Source: Octopus vulgaris | Taxonomy: Eukaryota | Reading direction: 5' to 3' | NCBI GenBank assembly: GCA_951406725.2 | Contig: OX597822.1 | Span: 88,598,001-88,662,000 of the forward strand | DNA: 64,000 nt | Part shown: positions 41,639-55,266 of the stretch, in pieces | Layout: each line of letters starts with the position of its first letter | How positions within the stretch are numbered: the stretch's first letter is position 1 | Position numbers and translations under genes: made by a program | The notes under the pieces: model-generated | The model's input: the letters and a program-made list of their open reading frames with translations, nothing else | Databases searched by the model: none | What the model was told of the DNA's origin: nothing

Positions 41639-44600
41639 TTATAACAACTTGTAAACAATGCTCCTTGTTTTTCCTTGTGGAGCATATGCAAAGAGGTTTC
41701 TTTTGCTTCCCACTCTTGAACAGCCAACATACAGTTGTCCATGTAAGAAGCAGGGCTCTTCTAAGAGAAGGCCAGCTAGAGAGGGTTTGACCCTGAGATT
41801 TGTTAATGGACATGGCAAAGCTGATACGAAGGGGGAATTGCAGTCTTCTAAATGTAAATGGAATTTCTGCTCCTGATGGAGTAAGACGAATTCTTGAAAT
41901 AAAGACATCATCACCTTTTCCACATCCAGAACAAATGATCGCCTTGATAACGTGTGATATCATTTTCTTTATCAGCAGTTGTGTTCTATTGCAAAGTCTT
42001 GGTGGCCCCAGATTGCAGAATAGCATTACAGGAGTTCCAAATTTAAGTGCTAATATGTGGAGTGGTAGTCTAGGAGGCTCCAACGAATTGAGAAATTCAG
42101 GAGGATAGTTCACCACTTCATTTTTATCTAGAATTGTATCAACAGACTTGTAAGTGTGAATAGTGCCAGGAAGAGAATGCACTAGCTGTTGATGAATTTT
42201 TTTAACAGCGATGTTTTTTGGAGCTAATATTGCTCTTTCACACAGCCAATTGTGATTTTGGTAGTTTTGTGTGACATTGGGAAAGACTTTGTGTTTGAGG
42301 TTATCTACAGAATTAACAACAGAGGAAGATGACCACACTTCCATTTGTCCTGCAGCATCGAGAGGCACCTTGCCTTCACCAAGTGTCAAAATGTCCTGTG
42401 CAAACTTTGTGGACATTTTGTCGCCGTGTAGGTGAGCTCTCATGTTAGTGGTGAGACTGAGGATCATAACATGATGCCACAGGGAAGAGGACTTTAGGCA
42501 TGCTTGGACTTCATCTGCTCTAGTGCCTTTCGGAATGACAGGAAGAGTTTGCCTGAAATCACCTGACAACAGAAGCGTTACACCTCCCATTGGAGCCTGA
42601 CAGTCTCGAATGTCTTTCAGGGCTCTATCTAATGCTTCCAAAGCTCCCTTGTGAGCCATGGTACACTCATTCCAGACAATTAGATGACACATTTTAAGTA
42701 CTTGCACCTGATCTGAGCTTCTGTTGATGTTGCATGAAGGCATCTCAGATGCTGCTAAATTGAGAGGGAGTCTAAAAGTTGAGTGTGCTGTCCTGCCACT
42801 GGGTAACAAAGTAGCTGCAATGCCAGAGGAGGTTACAGCTACTGAAATGTTCTGATGCTGCCTAACTTCTGCAAGGAGAAGCTTTGTAATAAATGTTTTT
42901 CCTGTCCCTCCAGGAGCACCAAGGAAGAAGATTCATCCCTCACATTGGCGTACACTGTTAAGAACAGTTCTGTAGGCCTGCAGCTGGTGCATAAGTAATT
43001 TAGGCTCATTTTCAACAATGTACTTTGAAAGCCCTTGAGTGTCATAGGTTGTTTCACGAATGACAGCAGTGGGAAGGCTATTTGACCCTGACCTGAATGC
43101 TTGTGGCAGGCCATATGTGGACAATTCATTTCCATCCAGTGTAACAATTCTGTTTTCAATGTCAATGAGAGTTTTGTTTTGCTGATACCCTCCATGTCAG
43201 GATAGAGCAGTTGAGCCTGGTTGCCTCTGAATTTAAGCCATAGAGTGGCAGGATCACACAGTTTCCATGCCTGTAGTAATACTGCAAATAGTGCCCTGAG
43301 ACTTTTAGGTGATTCTGATAAAGCAGCCTCTCCCAAAGTTGCACCCCATTGTGCACCATCTTCTAACAGACCTTGTCGATGGCCTGTATGTTGTGCAGAC
43401 ATGTCCATGAATGGTTTTTAGGGCCTGGAAACACGTTGGCCCTCTGACCTCATGCAGTAGTAGACGAAGGTAGACGCACTCTTGTTGAGTGGGATGCACT
43501 GTGTATACTCGCCAAAGGCAAGTGTGAAACTTAATGCCAGGGTATCCATGAACATTTTGACCTGCTTTCCATGGGGCCCATTTTTTTCCATTCCAAGTGT
43601 AGTACGATGGAATCTGTGGATACAGCAAGGTTTGAGCGAACAGATCCACTTGACAAAGCTTTAAGAATGCAGTGAGTGTGCTATCCCTTGCTTCCTCTGC
43701 CAACAGAGAAGCATTAGCATCGGTGAAGTACACTCTTTGACCATTTTCCAGGTGCACTGCAAGCTGTTGAATGGCGGGGTGTCATTGGTGAAGTGGAAAG
43801 CCAAAGATGCACCAGAAAGCCTCGTTGCTACTTATGTACCATCCCACCTGATAGTGCGTCACCTCATCCTGGCAGTATTCTTGTTGAAGTCCAAACATTG
43901 CAGCATCAGAACCCTTGTTCACATATTTGCAAACATACTTTATGGATTTAACAGACTTGCAAAACTCAATATTGATGTGGGAATTGAAAGTCTTTGACAG
44001 AAGTGGGCAGTAGGGAACAATCCATCTATTATCAAACTCGTGCTGTCCGAGAGTTGCTGTGAAACCTCTGCCTTCTGGTTTTCTCCATCTGGATGATGGA
44101 TACCCATCAGCACCTGTCTGAGTTCCTAGTAGGAACCTCCTTGAAAACCTTTTTGAACATACGCTGTCTTTGAAGCATGGTGAGTTTATGTTGAATCTAT
44201 GCCCACATGGACCATGTAACATGTTTGCTTTAACTCTTTCATAGAGTACTTTGTCTAAAGCTGGATCAGGAAGCTTTGCAGAGATTATCTTGTTGATCTC
44301 ATTGGAATTGATCTTTGTTGAGAGCCAAAGCAGGATATGAGCATGTGGAAGGCCCTTTTTTTGCCATTCGATTGTGTACATGTCACATTGTATGGGCCCA
44401 AAGACTTGCCCTTTTTTTATGAGCTCCATGAGAGTGATTAACTTCAGATGGAAAACTCAGGCAAGGAGGTCATGCCTGTCTTTAGGTTTTTGACTGAAGA
44501 AGAGTTCGGCCTGAATCTCCTTATACTTGGGATTGCATGTGAAAGTTATGAACAGGTCAGGCCTGCTGTAATGGCAGACAAAGTCATTGCATCCTGTGTT

Positions 44601-46262
44601 CTTTCATGCATATATCGGGGACTTCCAGTGAATGTGGAAAGCAAGATGCAAAGTCTTCCTATACTTGTTGGAGCAGCATCATTATTGATGGCATCTCGAA
44701 GATGGATGTAGCTGTCAGAGCGCAATTCTTTTTGATGTGACCTGATGAAACACAATCTCTCTGATTCCATTTTTGCGCACATATCGACTGCAAATTGATG
44801 AAACAGCTCTCGAGACTGGTGGAGGTGATTACAGCAGTTGTTTTGGGTCATAAATCGGTATGAGTAGAAGTCCATGCAGGATATTGGCTTGTTGAGATGT
44901 TCATAATGATTTTGGAGATGTTGCTGTAGTAGACCAATGTGGTAGCCATCCTCACCGTTAACAACTAGAAGTGGATATTGAAGTGTATCGTATGATCAGT
45001 GTGTTTCACTAATTCGTTGGAGGGTGGTGTCTCTGGGATTGTGCTGTTCACCGTGAAGGAGTACAGCTATTTCATTGCATGTGGGTGCATTGTAACGGCC
45101 TGCATGTTCCCTAGATAGTCTTTTCTGGGCATCAATGACAACATTAAAATTTGATGAAGCTTCTGTTTCCAAGGTATACTTGAAGCTGCGTACGTAGCTG
45201 TTTTTCTGGTGCAAAAGGTCTTGCAGTTGCATTATCAAGTGAAAGTTAGTACCTGTGGAAATAGAATTTCGTTGGGTGGCTTGTTCATGTAAATTACCTA
45301 CAAAGTACAGTTGAAGGAATTGAGGATCTTGATTTTCAGCAGGTTCGAGTGATCCTATTCTATGGTAAACCTGTCCCTGCACTTTGAAAGTTGGCATAAA
45401 CCCGCCTTCTTGAACAACATTAGCGCTGAAAGATGTCATTTAGAATGCACAATTGTACTTCGAGTGATCCTATTCTATGGTAAACCTGTCCCTGCACTTT
45501 GAAAGTTGGCATAAACCCGCCTTCTTGAACAACATTAGCGCTGAAAGATGTCATTTAGAATGCACAATTGTACTTCCGGATGTTATTCAGGAAATGTTTC
45601 GACTCTGTAGTTGTGCCAGCGTAGAGTGACTTTAACAGCTGTGGTGGATCCTGCAGTGGAGTGAGGTTAACTTTTCCATTAGTGCAACACATCGCAGGGG
45701 TTTCTCTTGACCACTTCTTAGCATTGCAGAAAGAGCAAGTGATGAACATATCTCCAATGTTCATATCTGGGTGGCAATCATAATGAAGGTGAGGATTGTA
45801 GTGGAAAGCCTTTAATAACCATTGTGAGCTGCATGGCATTGAAAATCCCCATCTATGAGCTCTTTGTTGAATGGAAGTCTGCAACATAGTATATCTCTGT
45901 TGTAAGGTGTGGGAAACTCACGCAGCAGCCATGTTGGCAGCATTCTTGAGCAGGCGTGTAGCGCGTTCATTTTTCCTCTCTGCAGCTCGTGCAGCAGCAG
46001 TTGAGGCAGCATCAGCACTTCGTCGAACTTTACGGTGGTGTTCAGTCTCTGCAGCTTGTGCAGCAGCAGTTGAGGCAGCATCAGCAGTTCGTCGAAGTGT
46101 ACGCTGGTGATTTGTTTGAAGTGCTCTTGAAGTGGCCATATGTTCAGCATTTTGTGATCGTCTAATGTCAGTTTCGACAGACGATTCATTGGCCCTCCTT
46201 GCTGATGATCTTGCAGCTTTCACAGTTTTTCGTCCAATTGAAGAAGTCTTCCTTCGGGGCAT
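41639..46262 (-). pseudogene. Helitron Rep-helicase pseudogene
   Basis: Many colinear ORF fragments broken by stops and frameshifts. Confidence 0.92.
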
Positions 46263-46689
46263 GATCTAAAATAAGCATGATGAAATGCAGTGAGATACAC
46301 TGTTAAGTATGAAATATTAATTGAAGGGTTAGTATGTAACTGTAGAGCAGTTGCAAACTTGCAACTGCTGTGGTAATAATGAAGTGGTAGTAGAACGGTA
46401 AATGTGTAAAATAAGATGATATTAGTGTTATGACATGAAAATGAGAATGGAAAGAATTGTGAAAGGCAAGGCGAGAAAAATGGTAAGAGCAAAGGAGAAA
46501 GTGATTATGAAGTGCGTTGGGAATGTTGTCGTTTGTGTGAACATGAATTTTGGGTGTTGTTTGTCAATGTATGGCTGCTCTGTCATAGATTGGACAGGGA
46601 AAGGGTTAATGAAAGAGCAATTGGATGACTTGCTTAGGTTTAATTAGTGGTGCTCATGGGGTAGAAACTGCCGTTGATGCTGCATGTGA

Positions 46690-47972
46690 GTGTAGGAATG
46701 GTTAAAGGTAAGTTGGTAGGTCTGCAGGTCCACATTAAGGAAGAAGCAAAAACAGTCACATAAAATCTTAATGCATGCCAATGCACACATTTCAGTAAAG
46801 GAAACTGAAAGAAGTGGGAGTGTTTTCGCTTGGTATCAAGTACCCTGTTCCCCTATTCTTAATGAAAGAAATTGAAAAGAATTGAAAATGTAAGAAATTG
46901 ACTGAAGAAATGTAAAAGATTGCTCGGCGCCTGCATTAAGGAAGTATGGAATTATTTTGAAAGAAGTGAAAATGTAAAAATTAGGAGTAGGGACAGGGAA
47001 TTGAAAATGAAATGTATTATTTTTGCATAATTAGAATGTCCATGATGGAAAACATATGAATGTTCTGGAAAAGAAAGAAGGAAAAGTGTTGGGATTTGAT
47101 ATATACAGGTGTACTTATAAACATTAACTGATTTGGTTGGTATTTGTAACACGTCGTGCTACCACTGAACAGGTATTTGCGAGAAGCCGTTACATGGTAG
47201 TATCACATGCTAGAAATAGCAGTGAAATCTTTCATATTTCCTTAGTGGAATGATTGTAGGTAAGTTGGTAGGTCTGCAGGCCCGCATTATTGAAGAAGCC
47301 CAAAAATATCGGTAAATATTAATGCGTGCACCGGCACATGTTTCAGTAAGGAGAATGGGAAAAACTGGGAGTGTTTTCGCTCAGTCTCAAGTACCCTGTT
47401 CCCCTGTTCTTAATGAAAGAAATGAAAATGTAATAAATTGACTGAAGAAATGTAAAAGATTGCTCGGTGCCCACATTATGGAAGAAGTATGGAATTATTT
47501 TTGTATAATTGGAATGTCCGTGATGGAAAACATATGAATACGCTGGAAAAGAAAAAAAGAGAAGTGTTGGGAGTTGATATGACAGGTGTACTTATAAACA
47601 TTAACTGATTTGGTTGGTATTTGTAGCAAGACGTACTACCACTGAACAGGTATTTGCAAGAAGCAGTTACGTGGTAGCATCAAGCGCTAGAAATAGCAGT
47701 GAAATCTTTCACATTTCCTTATTGAAATGTGTGTAGGAATGATTGTAGGTAAGTTAGTAGGTCTGCAGGTACACATTATTGAAGAAGCACAAAAGTATCG
47801 GTAAATTTTAATGCGTGCATGGGCACTCATTTCAGTAAGAACAGGAAAAACTGGGAGTGTTTTCGCTGGGTATCAAGTACCTTGTTCCCCTGTTCTTAAT
47901 GAAAAAATTGAAAAGAAATGAAAATGTAAGAAATTGACTGAAAAAAGGTAAAAGATTGCTCAGCGCCTGCAT
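46690..47972. repeat. ~500-bp tandem repeat, about 2.5 units, upstream of RepHel
   Basis: GGTAAGTT.GTAGGTCTGCAGG anchor at 46707, 47259, 47748 (periods 552 and 489). Confidence 0.85.
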
Positions 47973-48969
47973 TAGGGATATGCATATATGGTACGGGACA
48001 TCAAAAAAATGTTGAACACAATGAGAAAACGAAAGCATAAAAACAAAAACTTAGAAACGAAAAAACAAACAGAGAAACAAGACATACAACATAAAGAATA
48101 TTCCCCCTTCTTCAGTTGTCCTGTTTCATCTACTCTGCATTTCAAATGTTTTTTTTGATGTCCTGTACCCATATATGCATGTATATATACATGTATATGT
48201 AGGTGTGTACATATATGTATGTATATATGCATATATTTATATTATATATATAGTTGTTGTCTGGAGTGGGATGATGAGTTTTCAAAACTTTTTCATACAA
48301 AGACGCTCTCCCCCACCCCACAACTCCAACATTTTGAAGGCTGTGATTTTTTAAAAATTGGGAAAATCCCCGAAAAAATTTTCCCCACAAATTTCTTTAT
48401 AATCGTAACCTATGTCATTTGAAAGGGATTTGTATAAATTTTCATTAAAAGATACCCATCTTCCTGAAAGTTATGAGGGGGGAAAAGTCAGATTGTGCGA
48501 ATTTTCTGAAACTCATTTCACCACTCCCTGGAAAAATTCTTTCCCATAAATCCCAATATACTCTGAAGCCATAAAATCTAAGTGGTATTTGTAGAAAATT
48601 TTGTTAAAATGTATCCATTTTTCTGGATGTTATGAGACAACACAGTCAAGGGTGTATACATCTGTAGTAATGCCCTTTTATTTATACGATTTTTCCATTT
48701 CATGTTTATTTCATTCATTATTTGCAATGTTCTCTCTCTCTCTCTAACACATACACACACACACATACACACACACACACACATACATACATACTGCAAG
48801 GCTTACAAATGGGCTGCTGAAATGAAATCTCTTTGTTGCTTTGAGAGGAAAGTAAAACTTGTCAAACTGCTTCTCCCTCTGTTGTTGGACTACAATGATG
48901 TTTGCTTAAAAAAGAGAGATTATGACTGTGATAAAATACTGAAAGCAATATTTACTAAGCAAGTGAGCA

Positions 48970-49790
48970 CTATTATACAAAGAAATAATTAGACGTAAAA
49001 TATAAAAATTATTAGAAATGGGAATCAAATGTGAAAATATTATCAAGGGGCTAGAAGAAAACCACTCGAAGGGTGGTCTATCTGCTAGTATGAATAATTC
49101 AAATAAACTCTGTATAATAACAGCCGACATAAAGGTTGGTTGGTTGATTTCTCCAGTCATGCAGGTGGTGTTTTCAAAAGGGTTGGCCTATGCAACCTGA
49201 TCACCTCTGCCAATCAAACTCCCAACCCATGCGTTCCAATTACAACACTGATTCTGCAGAACTGGGTTGGGTATGAAAACCAACTTTAACGTATAAATAT
49301 AGATTTTTGAATCAGCAATGTTTGGTTAAGTCCTATTTGGGGTGAAAAAAATCAATAAACTGATTCTTTATAGGGTTTTCCATTTAATCAGGATAAAAAA
49401 TTAAAAAATCGATAAACTGATTCCTTATAGGACTTCCCACTAAAATTGGCTACACCCCATTTTCAACCATAACATCTACCAATTTTGATGTATTTTGTTC
49501 AAACTTGATGCCAGCATTACTTAGGACTCATGGGATCTTTGAATGCTTTAAGTTCTCCAAAAACGAAAAAAAAGAAAAAAACAATCAATGAGTGGAAAAA
49601 AATGGATAAAGCAATTCCTTATGGGATTTCCCAATCAAATTGTCTGCAAAATTTCAGCCAAAAGTTTACCCATTTCAATGGATTTCACTCATATTTGATG
49701 TCGATGTTACTTAGTTTGCTTTGAAATAAAGAGTTTAATTAGCTTAATAATCCTAACTTGATCCCGAGCAAAGCTGGGCTATACTGCTAG
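48970..49790 (+). mobile_element. Non-autonomous Helitron
   Basis: 3' terminus CCCGAGCAAAGCTGGG-CTATACTG-CTAG|T; 5' end approximate. Confidence 0.65.
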
Positions 49791-51722
49791 TAATAACTAA
49801 AAGTTGATGAACCACCTATTGATCCCCTCCAATTTCTTATTACTCTATCATCATCATCATCATTTAACGTCCGCTTTCCATGCTAGCATGGGTTGGACGA
49901 TTTTGACTGAGGGCTGGCAAACCAGATGGCTGCACCAGGCTCCAATCTTGATTTGGCAGAGTTTCTACAGCTAGATGCCCTTCCTAACGCCAACCACTCC
50001 AAGAGTGTAGTGGGTGCTTTTTACATGCCACCGGCACTGGAGCCAGTCAGGCGGTACTGGCAGCGACTTTGCTCGAATCTTTTTACACGTGCCACCAGCA
50101 CAGGGGCCAGTAAGGTGACATTGGTAACGATCATGCTCGAATGGTGCCCTTTTACGTGCCACTGGCATGGAAGCCGGTTAGTCGCTCTGTCAACGATCAC
50201 GCTCGTATGGTGCTCTTTGCACCCCACTAGTATGGATGTCAGTCACCAAATTTGATTTTGATTTGGTTTCACTTGCCCCAACAGGTCTTCACAAGCAGAG
50301 TTTAGTGTCCAAGGAAAGAAAAGGTATGCATAAGTAGGCTGGTTACAGGCTCTATATATCTTATATATATAATATATATATATATATCATCATCACCATC
50401 ATCGTTTAACATTGGCTTTCCATGCTGGCATGGGATGGAACGTTTGACTGGGGGCTTGCAAGCCTGAAGGCCGCACCAGGCACCAATCTGATCGGGCAAA
50501 GTTTCTACGGCTGGATGATGCTCACTCTGAGAGTATAGTGGGTGCTTTTTACATGCCACCATCATTATTATTATTAAGATGGCAAACTGGCAGAATTGTT
50601 AGGGCAAAATGCACAGTGGCATTTCTTCTGCTTTTTTAGGTTCTGAATTCAAATGCTACCAAGGTCAACTTTGCCTTTTATCTTCTTGGGGTCGATAAAA
50701 TAAATATATATTTAACACTGGGGTCAATATAATCAACCAGTTTCTACCCACAAAATTTCAGGCTTTGTGTCTATAGCAGAAAGAATTATTTTTATTAATA
50801 TTATGGGGGTGATGGTAGTGGTAGAAACATAATAAAGATCATGATGACAATGATGATGATGATGATGATAGCAATAAGAAGCACTGATGTTGATCGCTTC
50901 TATATTATACAATAAATGTATAATTTATTCTCCAGTCTTATGAGAGACCACCATCATAATAACTACCATTTTCACTTTCACTATCAGCACTAATGCTTCT
51001 TAGTACTGTCGTTATTAATATCCATCAGACTAGTAAGGCGGCAAACTGACATTAGCATGCTGGGCCAAGTGCTTAGCAGCATTTCATTCGTCTTTACGTT
51101 CCAAGTTCAAATTTTGCAGAGGTCAACTTTGCCTTTCATGCTTTCAGGAATGATAAAATAAGTACCAGCTGAGGTCTGGGGTCAATGTAATCAACTTACC
51201 CCTTGCCCAAAAATTACTGGCCTTGTGCCAAAATTTGAAACCAATATCCATCAGACCAGTACCAACTACAACCATCATTAAGATTAACATCCCCATTATC
51301 ATCATCATCAATTCCTTGCCTTCAATATCCATCATCATACCTCCACCACCATAATCCACCATTTCTATCACTACTACTATTATTATAATCCAACTACTAA
51401 TATATCACTACTACAATAGTTATAATCTCACCACTCTACCAACACCATCACACCACTCTACTACCACCAATATACTACTAGCACTGCCACACCACTCTAC
51501 CACTACTACAGTATGCTACCATCATACAACTCTACCAAAACAACCACCACCACCACCACCACATCACACTGCAAATTAGATCCTCACCATCACACCTACC
51601 ATTCTCAACAGCAATAATATTTACATCAACAAAAATTATTTTTTTCCAGTGCAACCCAATGAAGATTAGCTAACGCTAATTCCATAAAGAAAAGAAATGT
51701 TATAAAATAGAGGTCAACGTAC

Positions 51723-51809
51723 TTTCAGCTTCACCGATTTGTCTTGAAGTAAAAACATCTGCTTCTTTATTGATAACAATTTGCTATGGTAGATCTTTGC
51801 ATTAGACAG
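51723..51809 (-). CDS. BLOC1S6: BLOC1S6 coding exon 5 (LSNAKIYHSKLLSIKKQMFLLQDKSVKLK)
   Basis: ttgtag and GTACGT boundaries; resembles pallidin AK.YH.KL..I.K.M..L..K..KLK. Confidence 0.92.
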
Positions 51810-52219
51810 CTACAAGTAAAAAAAACATAAGTCGCATCAGTGCACAGTTAGCTACTGAAATTTTATGCAAGTAAAAATATTTTACATGCGTTTTTACAGG
51901 CATTGACACAACTGTGTGGTTAAGAAGCTTGCTTCCCAACCATGTGGTCTTGGGATTCAAGCCCATTGCACAGTATGTTGGGCAGGAGTCTGCTCATATA
52001 GCCTAGGGTTGAACTAAAACTTATGAGTGGATTTGATAAATGAAAATGGGAAGATGCCCCTTGTATACATGCATGTAGTAAAGTGTGTGTGCATGCATGT
52101 GTGTTTGCATATGTGTATGTGCAGGTATGTATGGATGCTTGAATGAACTAATGAAATATTAGCCTTTTTGTTAATGTGTGATGAGAGAGAAAGACTGAGT
52201 TAGATAAAGTATAACTTAC

Positions 52220-52307
52220 AATTTCAGCCAGCTTTTCTCTTGATGAACACTCATCAAACTTGGCATTCTCTTGCTGAACAGTCTCTATAAGAATTTTCTG
52301 GTTTTGC
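52220..52307 (-). CDS. BLOC1S6: BLOC1S6 coding exon 4 (QNQKILIETVQQENAKFDECSSREKLAEI)
   Basis: ttccag and GTAAGT boundaries; resembles pallidin QNQ..L..T..QE..KF.EC. Confidence 0.92.
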
Positions 52308-53692
52308 CTGGAAATAATTTGCAACCATTAGACTAGTGAACATAAATTCTAAAATACTGTCTATTAGGCTAACTCTAGTGTTTTTGTTATTCCTTACTAC
52401 TTTCACTAAATAGAAGTAAAAACTAATATTTTTTTAATAGAGACAAGGAAACACAAGTTTTCCATACAAACAATGACACATGTTAAAAAGTAAACAAACA
52501 CTGCGTTAATTACTTGGCACTCAGCATACAAACATAGATGGGAAAGAAGGAAAGAAAAGCGGAGAGAGAGAAGGGATGTAAAAGTGAAATGAAGATTATA
52601 AGGAAACCATCTCATTAGTATTGCCAGTATTTTAGACATTGAAACATGACAAGTAAATGTAAATTTCCGAAAACCATTTCTCTTGAAATGGTGATTGTTA
52701 TATTCAGTAAGAAAAAGAAGAAATCACCTTTTCAATATATTTGTTGAGCTAAAGTAGAAACAGTGGAATCCTTGGAAACTAGTGATGTTATGCATCAGTA
52801 AAAAGTAACAGGAATAATTTAAACTGTGAAATATATGTTTTATTTATACTGTGAGGAAGAAGCATTTTGAACAGAAGCCTTCACTGGAGAGAAATGAAGA
52901 TGAAAGAATGTTATGAAAACAATATATCTTCACTGTTTGTATTCAGCTAGATATATTGATATTTTTCATTTAACTAGATATTCTTTTAGTTTTTCAGTCA
53001 TTAGACTGCAGCCTTGCTGGGTACCACCTAGAAGAATTTTAGTCGAATGAATCATCATCATCATCATTTAATGTCCGCTTTCCATGCTAGTATGGGTTGG
53101 ACAATTTGACTGAGGTCTGGCTAACCAGACTCCAATCTGACCTGGCAGAGTTTCTACAGCTGGATGCTCTTCCTAATACCAACCACTCCGAGAGTGTAGT
53201 GGGTGCTTTTATGTGCCACCGGCACGAGGGCCAGTCTGGTGGAACTGGCAACGACCACGCCCAAATGGTGCTTTTTACATGCCACCTGCACAGAGCCATG
53301 CAACTCCAGCTTTTTATTCCTACTTTTTTTAAGCCTGGTACTTCTTCTATCCATCACTTTTGCTGAACCGCTAAGTTAGAGACGTAAACACACCATCACC
53401 AATTGTCAAAAAGTGACGGGAGGACACTCACACAAACACACAAATATTTATACAATGGTCTGCTTTCAGTTTCCAACTATCAAATTCACTCACAAGACAT
53501 GGGTAGTAGAAGACACTTGCCCAAGGTGCCATGCAATGGAGCTGAACCTGGAACCATATGGTTGTGAATAAGCTTCTTACCACACAGCTACTCCTGTGCT
53601 TGATATATTGATATTTCTCATCAAAAAGAAAAATAAAAACTTCTCAAACATTTTCTTCTCAGAAACAATTAAAAAACCAACACCCAACTTAC

Positions 53693-53789
53693 GTCAATTC
53701 ATGAAGAGATTTTTTGGCCAATTCCAAGTTTGGTAGGAAAAGATCCATTAAATCATGGCTCAGTTTTTGGACATGTTCTTCTGAGATAT
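53693..53789 (-). CDS. BLOC1S6: BLOC1S6 coding exon 3 (ISEEHVQKLSHDLMDLFLPNLELAKKSLHELT)
   Basis: ttgcag and GTAAGT boundaries; resembles pallidin V..L...L...YLP.L...K..L.ELT. Confidence 0.9.
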
Positions 53790-54975
53790 CTGCAATAAAC
53801 AGGAATAAAAATCATGAATCAACAGAAAAACTACTATTGTGAGCATGACCAAAAGTAACAACAGAAATACCACCCATGTTGATAACAGTAACAGCAGGCC
53901 AATGAAGGAGTCTCTATGTCATCACTTGAACTGCTAGAAATAGCAACCCATCACCATCTTTAAAAAGAAAGGACATTTTTAATAATGTATTCTCAGGAAA
54001 ACTATGCCTGAAAAGACAGGGTGTTTTAGGATAGACTACATTTGGTTATAGGTCTGCTGCATAAGGGCTCATGTAGGTCTAAACAGTAGATTGATAACAG
54101 CAACACCTAACAGCTAATTAGAGAGATTTTACCAGCATCATTTTAAATGAAATCAGTAAGTGTTCCCACAAATCTTCAATTATTATCTCTGTTTACTGCT
54201 ACATAACTGGATGGCAAAGTGAGTAATAATGACTTAACTAAAGAATCAAGAATTTGTCAATATTCCAGCACTGCCTGAAGTAAACCTCATTTCATCTGTT
54301 CCACTTGCTTAGCAGCTGAGCAGGTTAGATGCAATAATTGAAAGATGTGTCAACAGATGATAATGAATAGTTTGACAGATTAGAATACAAAGATGAAATT
54401 GTCTTCCACAAGAATGAGAGTGACAACCCCAGACCTCAGGCATAACACTTTGGAATGATCAGAATAACTTAACATTTTATAAACAGTCCATCCAAAATAT
54501 GACCAAAAATATGTCTAATTTTGAAGTTGAATGCTTTGAGCCCACAAGTATGCTTTAGCAGGTGTTATGTTATTTAATTGTAACTCATGGAAGATACAAA
54601 AACAGGCAACCACATGATTTGGGGTTAACTAATTTTCAGCCATAAACATAAAACCATATGGCGACCCGCTTTTGTGTCTTCCAAGGGTATAGTCACACAT
54701 AGTCACATTTGCTAAAGCATACCTATGCGTTCAAAGACTTAATAGGCCATCAAAAAGATTGAAGGTATCTTAGAATCACTTAGAAAGATCTTTGCCTGCT
54801 GCTCACCAGCTATTCATTTAAAGCTATAAATGGCTGTAGTATAAATACTTTTGTATGTCCTCACTTATAGTCTGCCACACCAGTCTGGAAGCCCCATCTT
54901 GTCCAGAATATTGATTTACTGGAAGCTATCCAGACAAGTACCCTCCTGTCAGTTACTTACCATATCTTGAATGTA

Positions 54976-55266
54976 CAGGGATTCCTCGACTTGCGCGAGT
55001 AATTGGGGGACATGCAATTCGAAATTCGCACAAGTCGAGTACCAGATATTGTTATCAATTACTCAAACACAATTATTTTTACTTTATGTATATTTGAAAT
55101 GATGGATAGATAACAAGATAACAGACAAGGCAATGCAACCATGGATAATAAATATTTTTACAAGTCGAGAATACAACTTGCACAACCTGAACACTCGGTA
55201 TCAAAAGTTGGCTTGTGCAAGTCGAATTTCACACAAGTTGAACTCATGCAAGTCGGGGAATCCCTG
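54976..55266. mobile_element. Tigger/pogo-like MITE
   Basis: 25-bp TIR CAGGGATTCC(T/C)CGACTTGC..GAGT with TA target duplication. Confidence 0.88.

Larger units (their letters stand above)
41311..47975 (-). mobile_element. Decayed autonomous Helitron in the last BLOC1S6 intron
   Basis: RepHel 46262 to ~41639: Rep motifs IEWQKKGLPHAHILLW and KYVCKYVNKG; helicase GAPGGTGKT, SGDFRQTLPV, FAMSINKSQGQTL, HGQLYVGCSRV; 3' end hairpin-like CCTGAGCAATGCTGG...CTAG|T at 41311; 5' boundary uncertain. Confidence 0.92.

Noticed and set aside
41469-42809. Host PIF1 helicase gene (446-aa ORF)
   Set aside because: Intronless, frameshifted, and colinear with HUH Rep motifs and a Helitron terminus
41311-49790. 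Single 8.5-kb TIR transposon (ends look inverted: CTAGCAG...CTGCTAG)
   Set aside because: Better explained as the 3' ends of two outward-facing Helitrons; no target duplication or DDE transposase
54080-54830. Possible extra BLOC1S6 exon or nested gene (also 56460-56700)
   Set aside because: No sustained ORF with good splice sites; the BLOC1S6 model is already phase-complete; probably old transposon debris
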